From assembly GCA_038231275.1 (NCBI GenBank), contig JBBRLQ010000008.1, positions 96,001 through 160,000 of the forward strand: DNA of 64,000 nucleotides, in the 5' to 3' direction. The position numbers and the translations under genes are program-made. This DNA is from Polyangiales bacterium. GTDB taxonomy: Bacteria; Myxococcota_A; Polyangia; Polyangiales; Polyangiaceae. The notes below the pieces were generated by a model. That model did not search any database. It was given only the letters and a program-made list of their open reading frames with translations, and had not been told where the DNA came from. This document shows positions 20,748 to 31,350 of this stretch, piece by piece. Within the stretch, counting starts at the first letter, position 1; every line of letters starts with the position of its first letter.

Positions 20748-21530
20748 GTGCACGCCGCGCCCGAGCCGGATGACCTGTCGACGGCGATCGCGACGTTCGT
20801 GACGTGGGCGCCGATCGTCCCGCTCGTCTTCCTCGTCTACTTCAGCGTTCGCCTGTGGACGCTCCTCTCGCCGATGCGACCGCTCGCGCGCGGTGACTAC
20901 GCGGCGGCGCGGCGCGGCTTCGAGAAGACGACGCGGTTTTGGCTCCCCAGCGCCGCGCGGGCGTCGCGCTACAACGTCGCCCTCTGCCTCGAGCTCGAGG
21001 GCCGGCTCGCCGAGGCCGAGGCCCGCGTGCGTGCGCTCCTCGCCGAGAAGCTCGACGAGCGCCTCACCTACGCGTCGCGCTCGCTGCTCGGCACCATCCT
21101 CGTCCTCCGCGAGCATGGGCTTGAAGAGGCGCGCGCGCTCCTCGACGCTGCGCAGGCGGACATCGCGACTCCCCTCGGAGCTCTCCTCCTGGCGCACGCG
21201 CACTACGGCCTCGGCGACAAGGGCGGCGCCGCGCAGCACGTCGCTTCCGCCATGACGATGGAGTCCGCGCCGAGCGTGCGCCTTGGCTGGAAGGCGTCGC
21301 TGCGCTTCGATCCCGAGCTCCAGCGCTCGATGGAGAGCTACTTCCGCGGCTGGTATTTCTACAAGGTGGGCGAGATGCAGCGCGCGCGGCTCGACTTCGA
21401 GCTCGCGTGCCGGAGCCCCCTCGTGCACGTTTGCACCGTGCGCGCCCGGACGCTGCTGACGAGCGCGAGCCGTCCGTCGTTCGACATCGAGGACGCCCCA
21501 TCGTCGCTGAGCCCCCACGAATTCCCGTGA
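20748..21530 (+). CDS. Membrane-anchored TPR-repeat protein
   Basis: N-terminal TM helix, TPR-like helices (GDYAAARRGF, YNVALCLELEGRLAEA, YFRGWYFYKVGEMQRA). Confidence 0.75.
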   Translation: MHAAPEPDDLSTAIATFVTWAPIVPLVFLVYFSVRLWTLLSPMRPLARGDYAAARRGFEKTTRFWLPSAARASRYNVALCLELEGRLAEAEARVRALLAEKLDERLTYASRSLLGTILVLREHGLEEARALLDAAQADIATPLGALLLAHAHYGLGDKGGAAQHVASAMTMESAPSVRLGWKASLRFDPELQRSMESYFRGWYFYKVGEMQRARLDFELACRSPLVHVCTVRARTLLTSASRPSFDIEDAPSSLSPHEFP

Positions 21531-21540
21531 CGCCTCAGGT

Positions 21541-22847
<1,307 letters not shown>

Positions 22848-22851
<4 letters not shown>

Positions 22852-23957
22852 GCGACGAACGCGCCCACCTCGTGCTCGCCGACGGCACGGTCTTTCCGGG
22901 CCGCCCGTTCGGCGCGCGCGGCGCCACGACCGGCGAGGCGGTCTTCACCACCACGATGCTGGGATATCAGGAGGTCCTCACGGATCCGTCCTACTGCGGC
23001 CAGATCGTGACGATGACCGCGCCCGAGATCGGCAACGTCGGCGTGAACGACGAGGACGTCGAGGCCACCGATGGCAAGCCCCGCGTCGCCGGCTTCGTCG
23101 TCCGCGATCTGTCGCCGGTCACCTCCAACTGGCGCGCGAAGGAGTCGCTCGACGCGTGGCTCACGCGCCACGGCATCGTCGGTATTTCCGAGATCGACAC
23201 CCGCAAGCTCACGCGTCACCTCCGCGATCACGGCTCGCAGAACGGCGCGATCGGCACCGAGCCGGTGGAGGCGCTGACGCGACGCGCTCGGGAGGCGCCC
23301 GACATGTCGGGGCTGGATCTCGTGAAGATCGTCACGCCGAAGCAGGCCTGCGCATGGACCGAGGGCCGAGGCGTATGGGCCACATCGCCGCCGCGCCCGC
23401 CGCGTCATCATGTCGTCGCCGTCGACTACGGCATCAAGCGCAACATCTTGCGGTGCCTCGTGGACACGGGCTGCAAGGTCACCGTCGTCCCCGCCACCAT
23501 GAGCGCCAAGGACATTCTCGGCCTCCAGCCCGACGGCGTGTTCCTCTCGAACGGCCCCGGCGATCCGGCGGCGGTCACCTACGCGGCGACGACGATCAAG
23601 GAGCTGCTCGGGAAGAAACCGCTCTTTGGAATCTGCCTCGGCCATCAGCTCCTCGCGCTCGCGCTCGGCGCGCGCACGTACAAGCTCAAGTTTGGCCACC
23701 GGGGCGCCAACCAGCCCGTGAAGGATCTCGCCAGCGGCAAGATCGAGATCACGACGCAGAACCACGGCTTCTGCGTCGACCTCGCCACGCTCCCGTCCGG
23801 CGTCGAGTCGACGCACGTTCACCTGAACGACGGGACGAGCGAAGGTTTGCGGGCCGCCTCCGTACAAGCCTTCAGCGTTCAGTACCACCCGGAAGCCGCC
23901 GCCGGCCCCCACGACTCGCTTTACCTATTCGATCGATTCATAGCGATGATGCAGTAA
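22848..23957 (+). CDS. carA: Carbamoyl-phosphate synthase small subunit
   Basis: GEAVFTT, GYQEVLTDPSY, LSNGPGDP, GICLGHQ, QNHGF, QYHPEA. ATGA overlap with pyrC. Confidence 0.97.
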
Positions 23958-24072
23958 GTTCTGGCCGAATTCCTGCGGGCGTCGGCCCCTCGTTCCACCC
24001 TGGATCAAAGTATCTTACATTTCCCTTCAATGTGTCCTGGCAGCACACCCATCGCCTGCTAGAACGAGGTCC

Positions 24073-24960
24073 ATGCTTACGGCACGTGTCCGCACGTTCC
24101 TTCTCCTCGGTGTCGCGGCCCAGTTGGGCGCCGCTATCGTCGCCTGCGCGCCTGCCGTCAAGCCGAGGGCGCACGTCACGGCCGACGCGAGCGACTACAA
24201 CACCGACGATCCGGGCGACCCTGCGCTCCCCGATGCGCGGCCGCCGGACTACAACAACCCCGACTCCGACGCGTTCGGCGCCGGCGAGCGCGGCCGTGAC
24301 TCCTCGACGCCCGTTCCCGAGGGCGGCGGACGACCGAACACGAACGACGGCGGCATCGGCCCCCCGCCGGACGACGGCGGGCAGCCTCCGGAAGACGCAG
24401 GACCGAAGATGTGCGGGCCCCTCGCGGCCGGCGACCTCGCGATTGTCGAGTTCATGATCGCGTCGCAAGCCGGCTCCGGCGATCGCGGCGAGTGGGTCGA
24501 GATCCAGAGCACCAAGAGCGACTGCATCCTGAACCTCAAGGGATTGCACATCGAGTCGCCCCGCGGCGCCTCCACCCCCGACTCGGTCGACGTCACCGAC
24601 GACCTGATGCTCCCCGCCAACGGCACGATCCTCGTCGCCGACACGTCGATCACCGATCTCAACCACAACCTCCCGGGCGTGGTGCTCTCGTGGATCGCGA
24701 CAGACGCGCTCAAGAACGACGGCGACACGATCACAGTCAGCGCCGGCGGCACGACCATCGACACGATCACGTACGGCAGCTGGACGTCGCATGTTGGCCG
24801 CTCGGTCTCGTTCCCCGTCGACTGCGCCTGGAGCGTTCGCAGCGATTGGGCGCGCTGGAGCTGGTCGTTTCACCAGTGGCAAGCCGCGCCGCCCGGGGAC
24901 GCCGGCGTTCCAATGCTCGGTACGCCCAATGGCGACAATACCGATGTCGCGTGCTACTGA
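24073..24960 (+). CDS. Lamin-tail-domain-like lipoprotein
   Basis: AIVAC lipobox, Asp/Pro/Gly linker, GDLAIVEFM...GEWVEI...LKNDGDTI...GTP. Confidence 0.75.
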   Translation: MLTARVRTFLLLGVAAQLGAAIVACAPAVKPRAHVTADASDYNTDDPGDPALPDARPPDYNNPDSDAFGAGERGRDSSTPVPEGGGRPNTNDGGIGPPPDDGGQPPEDAGPKMCGPLAAGDLAIVEFMIASQAGSGDRGEWVEIQSTKSDCILNLKGLHIESPRGASTPDSVDVTDDLMLPANGTILVADTSITDLNHNLPGVVLSWIATDALKNDGDTITVSAGGTTIDTITYGSWTSHVGRSVSFPVDCAWSVRSDWARWSWSFHQWQAAPPGDAGVPMLGTPNGDNTDVACY

Positions 24961-25004
24961 CGCTGGGATTGAGTGGCGGTAGGGTCGGGCGGTTTTGTTT
25001 TTGT

Positions 25005-25084
25005 GGGACCTGCGGTCCCCTCCAACGCATGAGCGTTGGAGGCCTCCCCTGCCTCGCCTGCGGCGAAGCGTCGCGGAGCGACGC
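25005..25084. repeat. Cluster of four adjacent hairpins (REP/MITE-like or structured leader) upstream of rimO
   Basis: GGGACC-TGC-GGTCCC; CTCCAACGC-ATGA-GCGTTGGAG; TCGCC-TGC-GGCGA; GCGTCGC-GGA-GCGACGC. Confidence 0.55.
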
Positions 25085-25100
25085 GGCTACGTGAGACGTT

Positions 25101-26498
25101 ATGGGAACGCAGAGCAGTAAGAAGAAGAGCATTCACTTCATTAGTTTGGGGTGCCCCAAGAATAGGGTCGATACCGAGGTGATGCTCGGGGTCGCCAAGA
25201 TGGGGGACTACGAGCTCGTGGACGAGGCGGACCAGGCGTCGGTCATCGTCGTGAACACGTGCGGCTTCATCGGCGAGGCGAAGAAGGAGTCGATCGACAC
25301 GATCCTCGAGATGAGCGAGTACAAGAAGCTCGGCACCTGCGAGCGGCTCGTCGTCGCCGGGTGCCTGTCGCAGCGCTACCCGCAAGATCTGGCGAAGGGG
25401 ATGCCGGAGGTCGATCACTTCCTCGGCTCGAGCGACATGCTCCGCCTGCGCGAGGTGCTCGAGGGCAAGGCCGAGCGCATGCTCGTCGGCAACCCCGCCG
25501 ACTGGATCGTCCGCGCCTCCGATCCCCGCGTCCTCTCCGGACCCCGCGCGAGCGCGTACCTCAAGATCGCCGAGGGCTGCAACCGAACGTGTGCATTCTG
25601 CACGATCCCAGAGTTCCGCGGGAAGCAGCGCTCGCGTCCGGTGGCCGACATCGTCCGCGAGGCCGAGCAGCTCGTGGACAACGGCACCGTCGAGCTCAAC
25701 CTCATCTCGCAAGACACGGTCGCCTACGGCCGCGACCTCGGCAAATCGCAGGACGAGCGCCTCGCCGACATGGTCCGTCGCGTCGCCGACGTGAACGGCG
25801 TGAAATGGGTCCGGCTCTTCTACCTCTACCCCGAGACGATCGACGAAGCGCTCATCGACCTCCTCAAGAGCCACCCGCGCGTCGTGCCGTACGTCGACAT
25901 GCCGCTGCAGCACGCGGCCGACGGAATGCTCAAGCGCATGAAGCGCGGGCACGGAAAGGATCGCCAGAAGCGAGTCGTCGCTCGGTTGCGTGAAGCCATC
26001 CCCGAGCTCTTCTTCCGCACCGCGTTCATCGTCGGTCACCCCGGCGAGACCGACGAGGAGTTCCAAGAGCTCCTCGACTTCGTCGAGTGGGCGCGATTCG
26101 ATCACGTCGGCGTCTTCAAGTACTCCGACGAGGAGAGCTGCAAGAGCTTCGGCTACGACGGCAAGGTGAAGAGCATCGTGGCGGCCAACCGCTACCGGAA
26201 GCTCATGGCGCTTCAGCGCAAGATCGCGCGCCAGAACAACAAGCGCCTCGTGGGCCGCGAGGTCGACGTCCTCGTGGAAGGACCGAGCGAGGAGCACGAG
26301 CTCGTGATGAAGGGGCGCCACGCGGGGCAGGCTCCGGAGATCGACGGAGAGGTCTACCTCGGCGGCAGCGAGGTGGCGGCGGGCGAGATGCGCCGTGTTC
26401 GAATCACGCAGGCCAGCGACTACGATCTCGTGGGCGACGTGATCGACGAAGCGCCGGCGCGCGATAAGAAGAAGCGCGTCAGCCTGCGCGTCGTCTAG
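25101..26498 (+). CDS. rimO: Ribosomal protein S12 methylthiotransferase
   Basis: SLGCPKN, NTCGFI..AK.ES, GCL.QRY, YLKIAEGCNRTCAFC, YLYP, QAPEIDG TRAM domain. Confidence 0.96.
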   Translation: MGTQSSKKKSIHFISLGCPKNRVDTEVMLGVAKMGDYELVDEADQASVIVVNTCGFIGEAKKESIDTILEMSEYKKLGTCERLVVAGCLSQRYPQDLAKGMPEVDHFLGSSDMLRLREVLEGKAERMLVGNPADWIVRASDPRVLSGPRASAYLKIAEGCNRTCAFCTIPEFRGKQRSRPVADIVREAEQLVDNGTVELNLISQDTVAYGRDLGKSQDERLADMVRRVADVNGVKWVRLFYLYPETIDEALIDLLKSHPRVVPYVDMPLQHAADGMLKRMKRGHGKDRQKRVVARLREAIPELFFRTAFIVGHPGETDEEFQELLDFVEWARFDHVGVFKYSDEESCKSFGYDGKVKSIVAANRYRKLMALQRKIARQNNKRLVGREVDVLVEGPSEEHELVMKGRHAGQAPEIDGEVYLGGSEVAAGEMRRVRITQASDYDLVGDVIDEAPARDKKKRVSLRVV

Positions 26499-26594
26499 GC
26501 CTCGAGCGGGACCACCCGTCTCGCCGGAGGCGCTAACCGCGCGAAACGTCGCGTCCTGCGGGGCGGATCGTCCTTTGCAACCCTTCATTGCACG

Positions 26595-27752
26595 GTGTTT
26601 GGTCGCAGTTTTCTCCTGGTTTCGGCGCTCGCGACGACGAGTGCGGTGTGCGGGTGTGGGTTGCCGCCGCGGGCGCCTGTCGACCTTCGAAGCGCCGACA
26701 TTCACGTCGTCCATCTCTCTCTGGCGACCGCACACCAGACCGTGTGCCCGGGTGAAGCGACGCCGATCGACGTGAAGATCGACGCGACGGTAAACGGCGA
26801 TCCGGTGACGTTGCGATCGCGGCGCGAGGCGCTCGAGGATTGGATCTTCGATCCGCGCCAGGTCGGCCTCGCGAGCGATCAAGGAGCGTTCGACGACGAG
26901 GCGATCTTCCATCCTGATCCGGACATGCACGCGTCGGCGCTCTCCGGCTTCCTCGTGCGCACACGTGTGCCGAACGGACCTGCGTTCGCGGTGCGGTTCG
27001 CGCCGTCGTACGACTGCGTGAAGGCGGTCGGCGCGATCCGTCACGCCGGCGGCGCGGGGCGCGGCGGAATGGACGGCGCGTACGGCTCCAAAGGGTACGA
27101 CGGATCGAAGAGCGATCCGAGCCTGCGCGGCGATACCGGAATGCCCGGCGGGGATGGCGAGCGCGGCGGCGACGGCGAAGCGGGCGCGCACCTCGTCGTC
27201 GACGCGACGTGGGTGAGGACGCCGTTCTACCCGAAGCTTCTCGCCGTGCGGTGGAGCGGAGACGCGGAAGGGTTCGCGCTCGCGCCGGCCGACGCCACGC
27301 TGCGCATCCTCGCGCGCGGCGGAGAGGGCGGCGCAGGCGGGCGCGGCGGCGACGGCGGGCGCGGCGGCGACGGCGGATTTTACGGAAGGCGACGCGGTCG
27401 GGGACAAGGTCCACAAGGCGCGGCGGGCGCGGGAGGCGGAGGAGGACAGGGCGGCGTCGGCGGCGAAGGCGGCAGCATCGAGCTGCGCCTCGACCCGCGC
27501 TTTCCCGAGCTCGCGGATCGCCTCGTCCTCGACGCGAGCGGCGGCGACGGAGGAGACGGCGGTGAGGGCGGCCTCGGCGGCGAGCGCTCGCCGACCTTTG
27601 CGTACCAGACCGCAGACGGACGTTCGAGCTTCCGCGGAGTGTCGGGGCCGCGCGGTCCGCACGGCGCGCACGGCGCCGAAGGACAGACGACGCGCGGAGT
27701 CTCGGACGTGACGGCACGCTTCGCGGGGCTCGGCCCCGTCGCGCCTCTGTGA
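26595..27752 (+). CDS. Putative lipoprotein with collagen-like Gly-X-Y repeat blocks
   Basis: N-terminal hydrophobic segment ending SAVCGC, several (GXX)n tracts separated by short beta segments. Confidence 0.7.
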   Translation: MFGRSFLLVSALATTSAVCGCGLPPRAPVDLRSADIHVVHLSLATAHQTVCPGEATPIDVKIDATVNGDPVTLRSRREALEDWIFDPRQVGLASDQGAFDDEAIFHPDPDMHASALSGFLVRTRVPNGPAFAVRFAPSYDCVKAVGAIRHAGGAGRGGMDGAYGSKGYDGSKSDPSLRGDTGMPGGDGERGGDGEAGAHLVVDATWVRTPFYPKLLAVRWSGDAEGFALAPADATLRILARGGEGGAGGRGGDGGRGGDGGFYGRRRGRGQGPQGAAGAGGGGGQGGVGGEGGSIELRLDPRFPELADRLVLDASGGDGGDGGEGGLGGERSPTFAYQTADGRSSFRGVSGPRGPHGAHGAEGQTTRGVSDVTARFAGLGPVAPL

Positions 27753-27784
27753 CGAACGCGCGCCTGCGCGTGTCGCGGCAATGG

Positions 27785-28150
27785 CTACTTCGGAACCTGC
27801 GCTGTCACCGGGGCGGACCGTGATGTCCCGAACTCTTGCGTGATGTCGAGGTAGTCGCCTGGGCTCGCGACGACGTCCGCGTCCCAGTTGCCGACCTCGT
27901 CGGCTTGCGCGCCCGAGACGCGCTGGTCGCGCGGCACCGCGGGGTTACGGTTGAAGATGATGACGAGCGCGTTCGGCTCGGCGCCGCGGTCGCTCGTAAG
28001 GTGCACCTTTCCCGGCACCGTCGACGTCCCCACCGTCGGCAGGAGCGGCGGAGGCACCGGAAGCGTCGGGCTGGCGCAGCTCGCGCAGGAGAGCACCGCC
28101 ACGACCAGCGCGACGACCGCGATCCGCCAGGGCGCACGTCCAGGAGACAC
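27785..28150 (-). CDS. Small lipoprotein, hypothetical
   Basis: Hydrophobic signal, SCASCASPTLPVPPP, compact beta-type domain. Confidence 0.7.
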   Translation of the reverse strand: MSPGRAPWRIAVVALVVAVLSCASCASPTLPVPPPLLPTVGTSTVPGKVHLTSDRGAEPNALVIIFNRNPAVPRDQRVSGAQADEVGNWDADVVASPGDYLDITQEFGTSRSAPVTAQVPK

Positions 28151-28351
28151 GCGAAGGTTGTAGCATGCGCCGCGCCAGCTCGGATCCAGGGCAAATCAAG
28201 CGAAACGCCCGGCACACCTGCCAACTTGGTTGGCGGGGCGACACCTGGGGTGGCGTACGAACCGACCAGCACCTCGTGGGAGGTGGATTCAGACGGGGCG
28301 ACCTGGTACGGCTGATCTTGCGCCGCCGATCGCCAACGCGGCCCGAACTCG

Positions 28352-31165
28352 ATGCGTCTCCAGGAGCGTTTCCTCTTCGTGCACCGCGTGAAGCCCGTCT
28401 GGCGCCCGGTGCCGTTCGCGCTGATCGCGGCGGTGCTCTTCACGCTTCGGCGCGGCACCGACGTCGACGCCAATGCGTCGAGCCGCTCCGCCGCGCTCGC
28501 CCAAGTGCTGCGCGCGCGTGGCCTCACGTGCGACGCAGAGGACGTCACGTGGGTGAGGGGTCCGCACGGCGTACGGGGCGCGCTCCTCGGCGGCGCGCGC
28601 GCGCTCGTCCGCGCGAGCAAGGGGACCGATCCGGCCGATCTCTACTTCGTCGACGCGCGCTTGTCACCGGAGGGCACGCTCCTCGAGGTCGGCGGCGAGC
28701 ACGATCTCACACACACCATCGGCGTCGACGAGGCGCGTCCGCTGGTGCGCGGACACCTCGCGGCGTACCCGACGACGATCGACGCGACGGTCACCGGCGT
28801 GCACACGCTGGATCTCACGGGGAGGTCACCCGACACGTACACCGACTTCACGCGCATGCAGCGCTGGCAGACCGGCGTGACCAACCAGCAGAAAACCGGC
28901 CAGCGCGCGGGCGTGGTCCACGGCGCCTATGCGCTCGACCCGATCGCGAGCGACGTGCAGATCGCGTGGGTGAGCGACGACATCCTCTCCATTCGTGCCG
29001 ACGGCCGCGCGATCACGATCGACGCAGCGCGCGGCGTGCCCCTGGATGGCAGTGGCTGGGTGCGCGTCGCGCTCGAAGAGAAGGCGCGGCCGCCGACGTT
29101 CGCGCCGTGGATGAGCGAGCGCCTCCGCGAGACGCCGTGGATCGGCGACGAGAAGACGATGTACCTGAAGGCGATCGCCTTCACGCTGAAGCAGTGGATC
29201 CCGGGCCTCAGCGGCGACACGACCAACGTCGCCGAAGATCTCGGCGCGGTGAACAGCGGCCAGCAGCAACCCGCGAGCTTCGTCGATCCGGAGATCGGAT
29301 GGCCGCCGCCATCCATCAAGCCGCTCCTCACGCCGCCGCTGCCCAACGAAGGTCAGTGGATCACGCTCGACAAGGATCCCTTCATCACGCACGTCGAAGG
29401 CGCGCCGCCGGCGTTCGTCACTTCGTTCATCCGGCCGGACAAGCAGCGGCCGGCGTCGCGCATCTACCTGACGATGTGGGATCCGCGTCAGATCGCGCTT
29501 CACATGGAAGCGGGAACCGTCGAGCCGGTGAGCGCGACGGGCGAGGCCGGTCCCGGCGTCATCCCGCGCACGCCGGAAATTTTGCGACGCGTGGTCGCTG
29601 GCTTCAACGGCGGCTTCCAGGCGATCCACGGCGAGTTCGGGATGCAGGTGAACGGCATCAACTACCTGCCGCCGAAGCCCTACGCCGCCACCATCATGGA
29701 GATGCGCGACGGATCGACGGCGATGGGCACGTGGCCCGCCGTCGCCGAGGTGCCGGACGAGGTGCTCTCGTACCGCCAGAACCTTACGGCGCTCGTCGAG
29801 GGCGACAAGTTCAACCCGTACCAGCGGTTGTGGTGGGGCGGCACGCCGAAGGGCTGGGCCGACAACATCCACACCACGCGCAGCGGCGTCTGCCTCACCA
29901 AAGAGAACTACGTCGGCTACTTCTGGGGCGTCGACATTTCCGCCGAGATCCTCGCTGGCGCAATGCTTCTCGCGCGCTGCGCGTACGGGATGCACCTCGA
30001 CATGAACCCCGGCCTCGCCGGCTTCGAGTTCTACAACGTGCAACCTGCAAACATCTGGCAGCCGCTGGGGCGCCCGGTGCAGACGGACTGGGAGTACGAA
30101 GGGACGTTCCGCGAGCTGCCCGAGTTCAAGTTCCGCGCGCGGCGAATGATCAAGGGAATGCAGCACCAAAACTTCCCCCAGTACATCCACCGCGACGGGC
30201 GCGATTTTTTCTACCTCACGCAGCGGCCGGTGCTCCCGGGCGCCGAGCTGCCCGCGCCGATCACGCCGAAGCTGCCGGGCGAAGCGGCGTGGCGCGTGAA
30301 GGGGCTGCCGCAGCACGGCTTCCCGTACGCGATGGCGATCGCGCAGACGCGGCCCGACGCCGCTCGGCCCGACGTGAAGGTGCGCGCGGTGCGCGTCGAT
30401 CCGCGGACGGTGCGGCCCGCCGGGAGCGCGGGCACGACCGCCGACACGCCGACCGTCGTCTCGTTCGTGGGTGGCGGCAAGCCGCCGCGACCCGGAGAGA
30501 TGGCGTTGTGGCTCACGAGCGGAGTCTTCTTGCTAGGGGCGACCTCTCCCGACGCCGGCGCGACTCCCCTCGCCTCGGGCACGCCGCTCGGGGGCGCAGC
30601 CGCGAAGACCGCGCGCGTGGGCGTCGGTGTGCACGACGAGGACGGAATGCTCGAGTGGATCGAGCTCGCGCCGGAGACCAAGGCCGACGAGTCGACGGCC
30701 AAGCTGCTCGACAAGCTGCTCGAAAAGGCAGGCTGCTCGAGCCGCATGCTCGTGGCCGCGAGCGAAGGACGCGACGCGCGCGCGATGCTCGGCGGGACGC
30801 TCGACGCCGCCGGCGATCCCGCGCCGCCCGCCGGGACGACGTCGACCGCGCGCCTCGTCCGCGGCGCTCCGCCGGGCGCGCAGCCCTACTTCGAGAAGAC
30901 GCAGGTGGTCTCGCCCGCGGTGTGGCAGCCGCTCCAGAACCAGCGCGTCCGCTACTTCCGCAAGCCCCCCAAGGAGGCGCCGAAGGACGCCGGTGCCCCC
31001 AAACCCGAGGACACACCGGGCGGTACGGGCACGCCGGGCGGAGCGGGGACACCCGGGACCGCGACAGGAAGCCCACCGGGGCCGAACGGAGACTCACGGG
31101 GGACGCCGGGCGGTCCACCCCCGACCCCTGCCCCCCCGACCGGTGGTCAGAGCCCGAAACCATAG
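28352..31165 (+). CDS. Large exported protein with phosphodiester-glycosidase (NAGPA/DUF2233)-like central domain
   Basis: N-terminal TM/signal, GFNGGF, TRSGVC and MHLDMN resembling the family motifs, Pro/Gly/Thr tail. The CDS is secure; the domain call is tentative. Confidence 0.6.
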   Translation: MRLQERFLFVHRVKPVWRPVPFALIAAVLFTLRRGTDVDANASSRSAALAQVLRARGLTCDAEDVTWVRGPHGVRGALLGGARALVRASKGTDPADLYFVDARLSPEGTLLEVGGEHDLTHTIGVDEARPLVRGHLAAYPTTIDATVTGVHTLDLTGRSPDTYTDFTRMQRWQTGVTNQQKTGQRAGVVHGAYALDPIASDVQIAWVSDDILSIRADGRAITIDAARGVPLDGSGWVRVALEEKARPPTFAPWMSERLRETPWIGDEKTMYLKAIAFTLKQWIPGLSGDTTNVAEDLGAVNSGQQQPASFVDPEIGWPPPSIKPLLTPPLPNEGQWITLDKDPFITHVEGAPPAFVTSFIRPDKQRPASRIYLTMWDPRQIALHMEAGTVEPVSATGEAGPGVIPRTPEILRRVVAGFNGGFQAIHGEFGMQVNGINYLPPKPYAATIMEMRDGSTAMGTWPAVAEVPDEVLSYRQNLTALVEGDKFNPYQRLWWGGTPKGWADNIHTTRSGVCLTKENYVGYFWGVDISAEILAGAMLLARCAYGMHLDMNPGLAGFEFYNVQPANIWQPLGRPVQTDWEYEGTFRELPEFKFRARRMIKGMQHQNFPQYIHRDGRDFFYLTQRPVLPGAELPAPITPKLPGEAAWRVKGLPQHGFPYAMAIAQTRPDAARPDVKVRAVRVDPRTVRPAGSAGTTADTPTVVSFVGGGKPPRPGEMALWLTSGVFLLGATSPDAGATPLASGTPLGGAAAKTARVGVGVHDEDGMLEWIELAPETKADESTAKLLDKLLEKAGCSSRMLVAASEGRDARAMLGGTLDAAGDPAPPAGTTSTARLVRGAPPGAQPYFEKTQVVSPAVWQPLQNQRVRYFRKPPKEAPKDAGAPKPEDTPGGTGTPGGAGTPGTATGSPPGPNGDSRGTPGGPPPTPAPPTGGQSPKP

Positions 31166-31350
31166 GCAATTTTTGCCTGCGTGGGCGTCCGCCCCACCCC
31201 ATTGCTAGACTGTCCTGCGGGCCGGAAGCGCCCCTCCGACCTGTTGACCCTTTAGGCATGAAGCAGTAAAACCCGCGCGCGTTCACCTGCGCGCGAAGGT
31301 TCAACTTTTTCGGCCCGAGCAAACGCAAGCAACACCCAAGTACGTCTGAT

